Origin: Clostridia bacterium
Lineage (GTDB): Bacteria > Bacillota > Clostridia > Oscillospirales > CAG-272
Assembly: GCA_017550315.1 (NCBI GenBank)
Contig: JAFZPN010000058.1
Span: 4,793 to 68,792, forward strand
Direction of reading: 5' to 3'
DNA: 64,000 nt
Part shown: positions 19,450 through 28,488 of the stretch, in pieces
Layout: each line of letters starts with the position of its first letter
Position numbering within the stretch: the stretch's first letter is position 1
Position numbers and translations under genes: made by a program
The notes under the pieces: model-generated
Databases searched by the model: none
What the model saw: only the letters and a program-made list of their open reading frames with translations
Told to the model about the DNA's origin: nothing

Positions 19450-21780
19450 ATGAAATTTATCTTGTTATACATCCGTGAAAATTTACGCCGCCGGAAATCG
19501 AACTACATCCTGCCGTTTCTCTCCTTTGTTCTGAGCGGGATTCTCTTGTGCGCTTCCGTGTTTTATCTGACCCTGTCCCATGAGGAGCCGCCTGAGAAAG
19601 TCTACTACTATCCGTACCAGATTGTCGTCAGAAATGCGGACGCTTTTCAGGAAAAGACAAGCGAGCAGGCTTTCGGGGGGAATGCGTATACGCAATTTGA
19701 GGGACGGCTGGAATACGTCGACCTTTTTCCGGCCTATCAAAAAGAAATCGAAGAATTCGACCCGAATCACACAGCGCGCCGTCTTCTCCTAACCTCCATC
19801 CCGAAAGGGTCGGAACACGCGGCTTTTTATGAGGAATTCGGCTACGATATCTCCTCCCTCGGCGACGGTGACGTCTTTGTCAGTCCGTACGTCTTTCACT
19901 ATTTCGGGAATCATATCGAAAACGGCGTTCTGACTCTGACGGCGTTTCAGGACCCGTCCGGCGGACCGCTGGAGCTGCATATCGCCGGGATCCTCGACCG
20001 ACGGATCGCGGACGACACGGAGTTTGCTTTTGTCTGCTCAGATGATGCGCTACTCGAAAGCCTCGAAGAGCAGTGCCGTTCCGATTCGTCCGTTTCTTAT
20101 TACAGCTTTCGGGACGATTTTGTTCATACGACGGAAAACTACGAGAAATTCCATGAAAGCATAAAGGCAAAAGTAAACATGTCGATCCATTTCCGTCTTC
20201 CGACGATGAAAGAAGGCGGCATTTATTCCGGGGATGTCGGGATCGCATTGTTCAATCTGTTCTTTTCCGTTCTGTGCATCGCGTCCACTTTAAAACTGAA
20301 GCTGAACCGGGAGATTCCCGATTACCGAAAACTGCACCGACTCGGCATGTCCCCTGCCATGCGGTTTCTTCTGCCGTTCACCGATATGATGCTGCTGTCA
20401 ATCCCGGCCTATGCCGTTTCGGTGACGGCTGCCGCCGCACTGTTTCAGAGAATCGCGCCTTATAACGCGCAGACTTACCAAAGCGGGGTCTTTGTCCCGT
20501 ACTTCGATCCTTCCCCCGGGGTTTTTCTCCTGTCGGCGTTTTCATTCTTCGCCGCCGCCGCGGGGACGGCAAGCGTTCTGACCCTGCTCGTTGTCCTGCG
20601 CGAACCCGAAGCGTACAAATCCTTTGTGAAAACCTCGTCCGTTTTTTACTACAACTCAAAATCCTTTGTCCTGCCGTACATCTTCCTGCGGTTCAAGCGG
20701 AACAAAGCGTACTGCCTGTTCTTTATCTTCATTGTCTGCTTTCCCCTGTTTGTCGGGGCCATGTACGGAACCGCCGCGGCAAACATCGTCTCAAACGGAG
20801 GCGCGCTTTACTCGGACGCGGCGTTTCTCATCACGCAGAACGAAGTGTCGTACGGATATGACACGGTTTCCGACATCGTGCGCGACATTTCTGCGCTGGA
20901 CGGCGTAGAGGCGGTATATACGGTCGAGAAAACAAATGTGAATTACACGTTCACGAAAGGGGAAACCAGTATCTCCGCGCAGTTCGAGCGTCTGGACGGA
21001 TACACCCGGAAGCAGCTGTCGAAGTACCTCACGGACGGCAGTCTCGACGATGTTCTGAACGACGAAACCAAGATCGCCGTGATCGACAGCGGCGGAACTG
21101 TTCTCGGGGAAACCCTGCACTGCGCGGAAATGGGAAAGGATTATACCGTCGGCGCAATTCTCAAAAATGTTCCCTTGAACGGGCTGCCGCCGCGCTTCTG
21201 GGGGAATGAAACGCTGATGCAGTCGCTGAATCAGGCGGAAATCCTTCCCGCGGACATTCACGTGTACCTCGCGGAAGACCTTTCAGAGGAACAATACGCC
21301 GCTCTGTGCGGGGAAATCCCGAATATGGTGTATGACCCCCACGCCCGATACACCAATCAAAAGGACCGCCTGCAAAGCCTCGACGACGGCGGGACCGTGT
21401 CTGCGAACGCGGCGACTGCGATGAATGTGCTGATCTGCGTGATCTCGATCCTCTCCGTCTTTCTCCTCCACACCCAGCACCTGACGAACCGGCAGGGGGA
21501 ATTCACGCTTCTCGAGCGGCTGGGGACAAGCGAGGGAAGAATCCGGACGCTGGCTTTTGCGGAAAGCGGGCTCTTTGTCGCGGTCGGATTTCTGATTTTC
21601 ACCTTGCTCTACGGCGGGTACGTCGGCGCAATCAACGCCGCCATTGCCGCGACGGGATCCTATGAGTTCAGCGGATTCCGCCTCGCATGGCGCGAGATTC
21701 TTGTCCTGGCGGCCGGCGTGATCATGGCGGTCGGCATTTCGGGGTATTTAGGAACCAAAAAGCGGAGGAATGAATCATGA
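19450..21780 (+). CDS. fused double-FtsX-domain ABC permease (two ectodomains, about 8-10 TM; module 3)
   Basis: 776 aa starting MKFILLYIRENLRRRKSNYILPF. Two FtsX-like TM triplets (around LHRLGMSPAMRF and LLERLGTSEGRI), each preceded by a hydrophilic domain of about 200 aa. The gene is visibly more AT-rich than its neighbours. Confidence 0.8.
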   Translation: MKFILLYIRENLRRRKSNYILPFLSFVLSGILLCASVFYLTLSHEEPPEKVYYYPYQIVVRNADAFQEKTSEQAFGGNAYTQFEGRLEYVDLFPAYQKEIEEFDPNHTARRLLLTSIPKGSEHAAFYEEFGYDISSLGDGDVFVSPYVFHYFGNHIENGVLTLTAFQDPSGGPLELHIAGILDRRIADDTEFAFVCSDDALLESLEEQCRSDSSVSYYSFRDDFVHTTENYEKFHESIKAKVNMSIHFRLPTMKEGGIYSGDVGIALFNLFFSVLCIASTLKLKLNREIPDYRKLHRLGMSPAMRFLLPFTDMMLLSIPAYAVSVTAAAALFQRIAPYNAQTYQSGVFVPYFDPSPGVFLLSAFSFFAAAAGTASVLTLLVVLREPEAYKSFVKTSSVFYYNSKSFVLPYIFLRFKRNKAYCLFFIFIVCFPLFVGAMYGTAAANIVSNGGALYSDAAFLITQNEVSYGYDTVSDIVRDISALDGVEAVYTVEKTNVNYTFTKGETSISAQFERLDGYTRKQLSKYLTDGSLDDVLNDETKIAVIDSGGTVLGETLHCAEMGKDYTVGAILKNVPLNGLPPRFWGNETLMQSLNQAEILPADIHVYLAEDLSEEQYAALCGEIPNMVYDPHARYTNQKDRLQSLDDGGTVSANAATAMNVLICVISILSVFLLHTQHLTNRQGEFTLLERLGTSEGRIRTLAFAESGLFVAVGFLIFTLLYGGYVGAINAAIAATGSYEFSGFRLAWREILVLAAGVIMAVGISGYLGTKKRRNES

Positions 21781-22439
21781 AAATACAAGCCGAAGCTCTC
21801 ACCAAGATTTATATTCAGGGCGAAAAACGGATCCATGCTCTGAACGACATCCATGTCAGCATCGCGGAAAACAAATTCACGGCCATCGTCGGTCCGTCGG
21901 GATGCGGCAAATCCACGTTTCTCCGCGCATTGTCTGCTCTCGAGAAGCCGTCCGGCGGCACGGTTACCTATGACGGCGAAGATATTTACAAACTGACGGA
22001 AAAGAAACGCGCCGAACTCCGGCGTCAGAAGATCGGCGTGGTGTATCAGGATTACAGTCTTCTCCCCACCATGACCGCGCTCGAAAACATCTGCACCCCG
22101 TCGCTCATGGACGGCAGGAAGCCCGATCTCGACTATATCGCGGACCTTGCGAAAACGCTCGGCATCACGGACAGACTGCACCACATCCCCAGCGAAATGT
22201 CCGGCGGCGAGCAGCAGCGGGTCTCCGTGGCGCGCGCCCTTGTGAACAAGCCTGCGATCATTTTTGCGGACGAGCCCACCGGGAATCTCGACAAGGATTC
22301 CGCGCGCGAACTGCTCGACCTTCTTTTGCTGACGAAAAAGGAATACAACCAGACGCTGCTCATGGTGACGCACGACCCGGATATCGCCGCGCACGCCGAT
22401 ATCGTCATCCGGATGGACAACGGAACAATACGGGAATAA
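21777..22439 (+). CDS. ABC transporter ATP-binding protein (module 3)
   Basis: ATGA overlap with the permease gene. Walker [32 protein letters not shown]. Confidence 0.9.
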   Translation: MKIQAEALTKIYIQGEKRIHALNDIHVSIAENKFTAIVGPSGCGKSTFLRALSALEKPSGGTVTYDGEDIYKLTEKKRAELRRQKIGVVYQDYSLLPTMTALENICTPSLMDGRKPDLDYIADLAKTLGITDRLHHIPSEMSGGEQQRVSVARALVNKPAIIFADEPTGNLDKDSARELLDLLLLTKKEYNQTLLMVTHDPDIAAHADIVIRMDNGTIRE

Positions 22440-22489
22440 TGGTTCAACGATTCGTTTACATTCGTTGAGAATTCTCATCGCAGCGGTTC

Positions 22490-22518
22490 TTTACAGTACG
22501 AGCGGTTTCTGCTATACT
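22490..22518 (+). promoter_or_regulatory. promoter of the first XRE regulator
   Basis: -35 TTTACA (22490-22495), 17-nt spacer, extended -10 TGcTATACT (22513-22518). A direct repeat ATTCGTT x2 lies at about 22450-22466 upstream. Confidence 0.55.
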
Positions 22519-22564
22519 GGCTGTGAAACAAGGCCTTGTTATCTCAACAGAAGGACGAAAACAA

Positions 22565-23350
22565 ATGAAAATTATCATCGCCCAACGGCTCAGAGATCTC
22601 CGCCGCAAGCGGGGAAATACACAGGAGGATCTTGCGCGGCATCTTGGTGTTTCGACACAAGCCGTGTCGAAATGGGAACGAAGCGAAGGATGGCCAGACC
22701 TTTCTTTGTTGCCTGCTATCGCGTCCTATTATGCGGTAACGGTCGACCATCTTCTCGGCGTGGATGCAGAGGAACGTCGTCGACGGGTCGAGCAGATTAC
22801 GGACAAGTATAACCAAATCCGTGCGCGCAAAAACGCAGACGGTCTTCCGGATGTCGGATTCCGTATCGAGGAGGGGATCGCTTTTCTTCGGGATGCCGTA
22901 CGGGAACTGCCGGATGAAGCATTCCTCGGTCAGATGCTGGCTTCCGATCTCTGGTGGTACGCGGAGAACCGCGCAGACAAGACGGAACGTCCCGCGCTGC
23001 TTCTTGAAGCGGAAGAAGCGTGCCGCCGGATTCTCTCGGACTGTAAGGAAGAACGATGGCGAAACTGCGCCAGACAAATACTCTGCCTCGTTCTCAACGC
23101 ACAGGGGGCGAAGGAGGACGCGAGAAGAATCGCTGCGGATATGCCGGACGCGACGGGGACGGATTTATTCATGCTGACCTACCTGCTCGAAGGAGAAGAA
23201 CTGAAAGATCATCTTCGTTTTGCGATCCGCCGGTTCCTGCAGACACTGTACCGCTGTTCCGAACGCTTGAACGAAGCCGGCGGAGAGTGCAAATTGGATG
23301 AGGAAGAACAGTCACAACTCAACGCGTTGACCAAAACCTTCATCGGCTAA
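22565..23350 (+). CDS. XRE-family HTH regulator with C-terminal all-helical (TPR-like) domain
   Basis: Start ATG 22565. HTH_3 motif LRRKRGNTQEDLARHLGVSTQAVSKWERSEGWPDLSLLPAIASYYAVTVDHLLG, followed by a helical domain of about 190 aa. Confidence 0.8.
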   Translation: MKIIIAQRLRDLRRKRGNTQEDLARHLGVSTQAVSKWERSEGWPDLSLLPAIASYYAVTVDHLLGVDAEERRRRVEQITDKYNQIRARKNADGLPDVGFRIEEGIAFLRDAVRELPDEAFLGQMLASDLWWYAENRADKTERPALLLEAEEACRRILSDCKEERWRNCARQILCLVLNAQGAKEDARRIAADMPDATGTDLFMLTYLLEGEELKDHLRFAIRRFLQTLYRCSERLNEAGGECKLDEEEQSQLNALTKTFIG

Positions 23351-23415
23351 CCGCAATCAAACACTTCCCGCTCGCGCGGCAGGGGGCGTGCGCTCCGGTG
23401 TGACCGGACAAAAAT

Positions 23416-23457
23416 CGGGCGACTGTATACGGCAGCCGCCCGGTTCTGTTTGATTTG
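23416..23457. terminator. bidirectional terminator between the convergent XRE genes
   Basis: Stem CGGGCGACTG / CAGCCGCCCG (1 mismatch). Followed by GTTCTGTTTGATTT on the + strand and ATTTTTGT on the - strand. Confidence 0.6.
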
Positions 23458-23492
23458 GATGTCTTCACGCGGGTTTCCGCTGATTGTCCGGC

Positions 23493-24248
23493 TCAGACGC
23501 CGAGTTTGTTGACGGCCGCTTCGACGGATGCGCGCGCGGCATCGAATGCACCGACCTCCTCTTCCGTCAGATGCGCGTGAACGGAGAACGCCCAAAGGTC
23601 CCACAGAAGCATGTTCAGGTCGTCGGAGATGCGTCCCCGGAGATGATTGACTTGGTCTTCTCCTTCGAGAGCCCAGTAGAGATTGCGCTCGCGGCAGGTT
23701 TCGATATCCGCCATCCCCTCCGCGATCTGCATGGCTTCCGCTTTTCGTTTCGTATCGCAGTAATGCCGGAACAGGAGGCGGCGGGATTCGTTCCGGCACC
23801 AGTTGTCCGTCGAATACTGGTGGATGCGGTACGCGATGGACACGATCTCCGCGTCGTATGCGCGGCACAGGTCTTCGTCCTCGCTCGCCGCATACAGCGC
23901 GTACATCAGACAGGTCAGAAGGCGGTCGTTGTTCGGATATTTGTTGAGCGCTTCGCGGAGCTTGATGATGGGACCTTCCGTAATCATGCGGTCGATCTGG
24001 TCCTCCGCTTCGGCAATGACGGCGGCGATTTCTTTCTGTTTGGCCGCGGCGTTCACGCCGAGCAGTTCGTCCACGGTGATTTCAAACAGGTCCGCGAGCA
24101 TCGGCAGGGCGGAGATGTCGGGCGAGGTGGCTGCCGTTTCCCAACGGCTTACCGCCTGCGGAGATACGCCCATATAGTCGGCAAGCTGCTCCTGCGTCAG
24201 GTCTTTTTGCTTGCGCAGGAGTTTCAGTCTTTCGCTGAGTGAGGTCAT
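23493..24248 (-). CDS. XRE-family HTH regulator with C-terminal helical domain (paralog of 22565-23350)
   Basis: Start ATG 24248 after GGAGGAAC. HTH LRKQKDLTQEQLADYMGVSPQAVSRWETAATSPDISALPMLADLFEITVDELLG. The C-terminal domain is collinear with that of the neighbouring regulator. Confidence 0.8.
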   Translation of the reverse strand: MTSLSERLKLLRKQKDLTQEQLADYMGVSPQAVSRWETAATSPDISALPMLADLFEITVDELLGVNAAAKQKEIAAVIAEAEDQIDRMITEGPIIKLREALNKYPNNDRLLTCLMYALYAASEDEDLCRAYDAEIVSIAYRIHQYSTDNWCRNESRRLLFRHYCDTKRKAEAMQIAEGMADIETCRERNLYWALEGEDQVNHLRGRISDDLNMLLWDLWAFSVHAHLTEEEVGAFDAARASVEAAVNKLGV

Positions 24249-24431
24249 GTTGTTCCTCCCAATCGAGAATGAAGTGTTTTGTGAGCTCACGGTCACAGTA
24301 TAGCAGACGGCTGGGGAAAATGCAAGCAATCATTTCGATTGTCCGCATCAACAAAACCGACGGAAAAGCGCCTGCGGGGATCGGGGGACGACGGAAGTTC
24401 GGGGCAGCGGCGTGAAATATCCGCTCGGCTC

Positions 24432-24460
24432 TTGATCTCGGGCGGAACCGATGGTATAAT
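24432..24460 (+). promoter_or_regulatory. extended -10 promoter of the heparinase-like gene
   Basis: -35 TTGATC (24432-24437), 17-nt spacer, TGGTATAAT (24452-24460). Confidence 0.6.
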
Positions 24461-24517
24461 GGGGACAGACGGTTGGTCACGCCGAACGCCATGTCATGAA
24501 TCAGAGGGGGATATGCT

Positions 24518-26449
24518 ATGAACAACACCCGGCTGACGGATATCCGGTTTTTCACGGAATGCCTGGACGATACCGTACCCGAACTCGCAGAACTCGGTAA
24601 ACTCGCCGCGGAAGGCCGCCTCGACGACGCGAAGGGCCGCTTTGCCGCATATGTCCGGAAGACGCTCCGGCCGGACGCGTATCTCCGGGGTGAGCGGGAG
24701 AGGCTGGCGCCGCATGCGGCAGAGATCGCCGAATCGTGCCGCCGGGCGATGGCGCACACCTTTGTCTCCTGCCGGGTCCCCTACACCTTCGGCGAGACGA
24801 TCGACTGGTGCGCGAACCCGACCTACAACCAATACTGCGAATGGCCGTGGCAGCTCAACCGCCACCCCGAATGGCTCGCGATGGCCGAAGAATACCTCCT
24901 CACCGGGGACGAATCCATCCCGGCGGAGTGGTCGCGCCAGTTCATGAGCTGGGCGATCCAGGCGCAGGTCCCCGAAAACGAGAGCGGCTTCGCCACGATC
25001 TGCTGGCGCACGATCGAGGCCGGCCTGCGCATGAAGAGATGGATCTACGCGATCCACGCCTTCCTCTATGCGATCGACGACGAGACGCTGACCGTCTTCT
25101 GCAAGTCGATCTGGGAGCACGGCTGGCGGCTAAGAAACTTCTGCACCTCCCACAACTGGCTGATCATGGAGATGGCGGGGCTTTGTCAGATCGCGCTGTT
25201 CTTCCCCTTCCTCCGGGAGAGCGGGGAATGGCTGGCCTATGTGCATAAGCGTCTCGAGGGAGAGATCGAGGCGCAGATCTATCCCGACGGGATGCAGTAT
25301 GAGCTGACGCCCGGATATCATGAGGTCTGCGTCGGCAATTACGAGGACGTCGTCGATATGATCCGCCTCCACGGGAGCGAGGCACCGCCGTATCTGCTCG
25401 ACGGACTGGAGCGGATGTTCTCGGTCTATCCCAAAATCGCCGCCCCCGACTTCCGCACCCCGGCGGTCAACGACAGCGGCAGGGGAAACATTGCAGAGAT
25501 CCTGAAAGACGCGCTGCTCTATCTGCCCGATCATGACGAGTACCGGTATTTCGCCTCCGAGCGCGCAGAAGGGCAGCCGCCGGCGTACCAATCGCTGCTG
25601 CTCGATTACAGCGGCATGGTCATCTTCCGCTCGTCCTGGGAGCGGGACGCCTTCTGGGCCTACATGGACGCCTCCCCCTTCGGCAAGGCGCATCAGCACG
25701 AGGACAAGCTCAATGTCCTGCTCTGGGCGTACGGGCACGAACTGATGCCGGAGGCCGGCACCTTCGATTACGACACCTCCGCCATGCGCGCCTACGTGCT
25801 CTCCACGCGCGGACACAACACCGCCCGCATCGACGGCTTCGATCAGAACCGCCGCGACGGGTATACGTGGCATCCGGAGGACATCGCGAAGAAGGCCGAG
25901 GTCTTCTTTGAGATCGGAAAGACCCGCGAGACCGCCGAGGCGTCGTATGACGAGGGGTACGGCCCCGACAAGATCCGGGTGCGGCACACGCGGAAGCTGA
26001 TTTTCCTCAAAAACGAGCCGGGGCTGCCGCCGATGTTCGTCTCGGTCGACCGGCTGGAAGCCGACGGAGCGCACCGCGCCGAGCTGATCTGGCACCTCTG
26101 CGATAACCCGACCGTGATCGACGGCCGCGCCGTGCACAACACCTTCCCGGACGGCGTCGGACTCACCGTCGCGTCCTCTGCCGGCGGTATCCAGGTATGG
26201 CGCGGCGTCAGGGAACCCGCGTTCCAGGGCTGGCTTCCGAAATTCGGCATCGGCGACGTCGAGCACAATCCCATTCCCACGGTGCTCAACACGTTCCGCT
26301 TCGAGGGATCGTGTCGGACGGTGACCGTGCTCTGCCCGTACAGGGACGGCATTCCGCCGGTCCGGTGCGTGGAGGCGTCTGAGGACGCGGAAAACACGGA
26401 CTTCACGGTCGTCCTCCGGGACGGAAGCCGGGTCACGGTGAGCGAATAA
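24518..26449 (+). CDS. heparinase II/III-family polysaccharide lyase-like protein (no signal peptide)
   Basis: 643 aa with family-typical motifs (WQLNRHPEW, WRTIEAGLRMKRW, HNWLIMEMAGL, DGMQYELTPGYH, HQHEDKLNVLLW, HNTARIDG). Confidence 0.85.
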   Translation: MNNTRLTDIRFFTECLDDTVPELAELGKLAAEGRLDDAKGRFAAYVRKTLRPDAYLRGERERLAPHAAEIAESCRRAMAHTFVSCRVPYTFGETIDWCANPTYNQYCEWPWQLNRHPEWLAMAEEYLLTGDESIPAEWSRQFMSWAIQAQVPENESGFATICWRTIEAGLRMKRWIYAIHAFLYAIDDETLTVFCKSIWEHGWRLRNFCTSHNWLIMEMAGLCQIALFFPFLRESGEWLAYVHKRLEGEIEAQIYPDGMQYELTPGYHEVCVGNYEDVVDMIRLHGSEAPPYLLDGLERMFSVYPKIAAPDFRTPAVNDSGRGNIAEILKDALLYLPDHDEYRYFASERAEGQPPAYQSLLLDYSGMVIFRSSWERDAFWAYMDASPFGKAHQHEDKLNVLLWAYGHELMPEAGTFDYDTSAMRAYVLSTRGHNTARIDGFDQNRRDGYTWHPEDIAKKAEVFFEIGKTRETAEASYDEGYGPDKIRVRHTRKLIFLKNEPGLPPMFVSVDRLEADGAHRAELIWHLCDNPTVIDGRAVHNTFPDGVGLTVASSAGGIQVWRGVREPAFQGWLPKFGIGDVEHNPIPTVLNTFRFEGSCRTVTVLCPYRDGIPPVRCVEASEDAENTDFTVVLRDGSRVTVSE

Positions 26450-26451
26450 AG

Positions 26452-26495
26452 ACAGACAGGGCTGCTTCTCGCGTGCGGCCCTGTCTTTAGTTTTA
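26452..26495. terminator. bidirectional terminator
   Basis: Stem GACAGGGC / GCCCTGTC, extendable to AAAGACAG..CTGTCTTT, followed by TTTAGTTTTA. It lies between convergent genes. Confidence 0.65.
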
Positions 26496-26532
26496 TATCT
26501 CGTTATGCGGCGCAAAGCGCCTCTCTTTTCCT

Positions 26533-27834
26533 TCACTCCGCCTCGGCATACAGCGCGATATCCCGGATGCCGTAGGTTCCGACCGCCTCGTCGACAACGA
26601 AGGTGAGCGCCCGGAAGCACAGCCCGCCGAGCGGCAGGATGCGGCGGTGTCCGATGCAGTGACCGGCGGCGATTTCCCGCCCGTCCGCAAGGACCCGGAA
26701 CGCGCGGATATGCTGGCCCTTTGTGATGTCCTCCCGGATCGACAGATAGGCCATTGTTGTCTCTCCGTCCGAGGACAGCGTGACGCGCCCCTCCGTCGGT
26801 TCCGGCCTTTCAAGAAGGACGGCGGGCGTGCCGAAGGTCTTTTTCAGGAGCCTGCCGAATCCGACGAACTGCTCTTCGTCCTCGAAATCCCCTTCCGTGG
26901 AGATCGCCATGCCGACGAGGAGATTGGAATTGCGGCCCACGGAGCGGACGTAGCAGTCGAGCAGGTATTCCGGCGTGAAGACGTGATCCTCTTCCCCCGC
27001 GGCCCAGCCCCATCCGCCGCCGAACGCCCCGTGATCCCGGTTCGGCATGTCGGTCTCGGCCGGCCAGTAGTATCTGCCGTCCGGGTCGCCGACGCCCGCC
27101 TGTTCGTCCGGGATCGTGCCGTCGAAGCGCGCCTCCCCGGCATTGGTGGTCGCCCAGCAGTCCGCCGGCGCGAGTCCGTCTTCGTTCCCGACCCAGCGGA
27201 GATTGTGCGACCAGTCCTTCGGCCCCTGGAAGCAGACCGCGTCGGGCTGGTACTTCTTGAGCAGCGGGATCAGATCCGGGCCGCCCTCCTCCGGGGGGAT
27301 CGTGCCGCCGTCGAACCAGATCTCGAAGAGCTCGCCGTACCTTGACCACAGCTCCTCGACCTGCCGCTCCACGCAGCGGACGTAGCGCCGGTACATCTCG
27401 CCCTTGTAGTCGTATTTCACGCCGTTGTCGATCCCATAATACCCGTTGCAGGTGGGATGATAATAGAGCCCGGGGAGCAGCCCGTACTTCCGGCAGGCGG
27501 CGATGAACTCCCCGACGATGTCGCCCTTGCCGTCCTTCCAGGACATGAACTTGCAGGAGAAGTCGTTGACGTCGGTCGGCCAGAGCGCGAATCCCGTCCC
27601 GTGCTTGGCGACGAGGATCGCGTACTTCGCCCCCATCTCATACGCCGCGCGCACCCACTGCTCCGGGTCGAGGCGGGCGGGATTGAGCGAGGACGGCGGG
27701 ATCTCCTCGGCGATGATCTTCTGTTTTTGATGGCAGTCCGGCTTGTAGATGTCGAGGACGTAGTGGATCAGGACCCCGAGCTCGAGATCCTGCCAGCGAA
27801 GGATTTTTTGTGTGGGAACGGCGATATACTGCAT
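26533..27834 (-). CDS. alpha-L-fucosidase (GH29), cytoplasmic
   Basis: AAGGAGG RBS. GH29 motifs (GAKYAILVAKHGTGFALWPT, YYHPT, ELFEIWFDGG). No signal peptide. Confidence 0.85.
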   Translation of the reverse strand: MQYIAVPTQKILRWQDLELGVLIHYVLDIYKPDCHQKQKIIAEEIPPSSLNPARLDPEQWVRAAYEMGAKYAILVAKHGTGFALWPTDVNDFSCKFMSWKDGKGDIVGEFIAACRKYGLLPGLYYHPTCNGYYGIDNGVKYDYKGEMYRRYVRCVERQVEELWSRYGELFEIWFDGGTIPPEEGGPDLIPLLKKYQPDAVCFQGPKDWSHNLRWVGNEDGLAPADCWATTNAGEARFDGTIPDEQAGVGDPDGRYYWPAETDMPNRDHGAFGGGWGWAAGEEDHVFTPEYLLDCYVRSVGRNSNLLVGMAISTEGDFEDEEQFVGFGRLLKKTFGTPAVLLERPEPTEGRVTLSSDGETTMAYLSIREDITKGQHIRAFRVLADGREIAAGHCIGHRRILPLGGLCFRALTFVVDEAVGTYGIRDIALYAEAE

Positions 27835-27876
27835 GACAGCCTCCTTGATGACGGCGTTTGCGGACCCGTACCGCTT

Positions 27877-28200
27877 TTACGGCTTCGGGCTCGTTTTCCG
27901 GTAGGGGACGCCGTACTGCTCCCGCACGCGCTTCAGGGCGATGCCCAAAAACCGGCGCGCGAGATCCTTGGTGGCAAGCCCCATCCTCTCCGCGATGGAT
28001 TGGTAACTCAGATGCTCCTGGTAGCGGAGCGCGAGCAGTGTCTGATGCTTGTGCGGCTCGATCCGGGAGATCGCCGTCTCAAGCCGCTCCCGCTGTTCTT
28101 CCGTGAGCGGGGTATACTCCTCCGTCCCGCAGATCAGGGGGATTCCCAGATCCCGGACGAGGTTTTCCGGGTAGTCATAGTCCGGCGCAGTAATTTTCAT
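27877..28200 (-). CDS. small stand-alone sigma-70 region-4-like HTH protein (107 aa)
   Basis: Start ATG 28200. The segment LTEEQRERLETAISRIEPHKHQTLLALRYQEHLSYQSIAERMGLATKDLARRFLGIALKRVRE matches the sigma region 4.2 / LuxR-type HTH pattern, but no region 2 is present. It lies 42 nt upstream of the GH29 gene on the same strand. Confidence 0.6.
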   Translation of the reverse strand: MKITAPDYDYPENLVRDLGIPLICGTEEYTPLTEEQRERLETAISRIEPHKHQTLLALRYQEHLSYQSIAERMGLATKDLARRFLGIALKRVREQYGVPYRKTSPKP

Positions 28201-28398
28201 AAGTGGAAAGCCCCTTTCTTCGCATGTGTGCGCTTTCCGGCGATTTCGGCGGCGCTGACTGCCGCACATGGATTTCCGGATCCATTCTACCACAAATCCG
28301 CCCGGTTTGCAAGGGTGCCGGCAGCAATCGGCGCGCGGCTTTCGCTGTTCCGGACAGGAGCGGGAGATGCCGTTCTTTTCGTTTGGCGGTACTCTCCC

Positions 28399-28427
28399 TT
28401 GCGCTGCGCGGGAAAATATGGTATAAT
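28399..28427 (+). promoter_or_regulatory. extended -10 promoter of the mini-M50 gene
   Basis: -35 TTGCGC (28399-28404), 17-nt spacer, TGGTATAAT (28419-28427). Confidence 0.5.
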
Positions 28428-28488
28428 ACAGCCGGACGGGGAATTTGGATCCGTACGGCAGCTTTTTGCGGGGAAGGAGGAGGATTTC

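Noticed and set aside
13698-22439. Idea that the ABC array is the dedicated exporter/processor of the GG-leader peptide at 42633
   Set aside because: None of the three ATPase or permease sets carries an N-terminal C39 peptidase domain. They are MacB/FtsX type, not ABC-B type PCATs, and they lie 20 kb away in a separate transcription unit.
27457-28488. N-terminal 344 codons of the 516-aa ORF 27457-29007
   Set aside because: This part is antisense to the GH29 and sigma-r4 genes. Only the part after the GGAGGAGG RBS and ATG 28489 encodes a coherent membrane protease.
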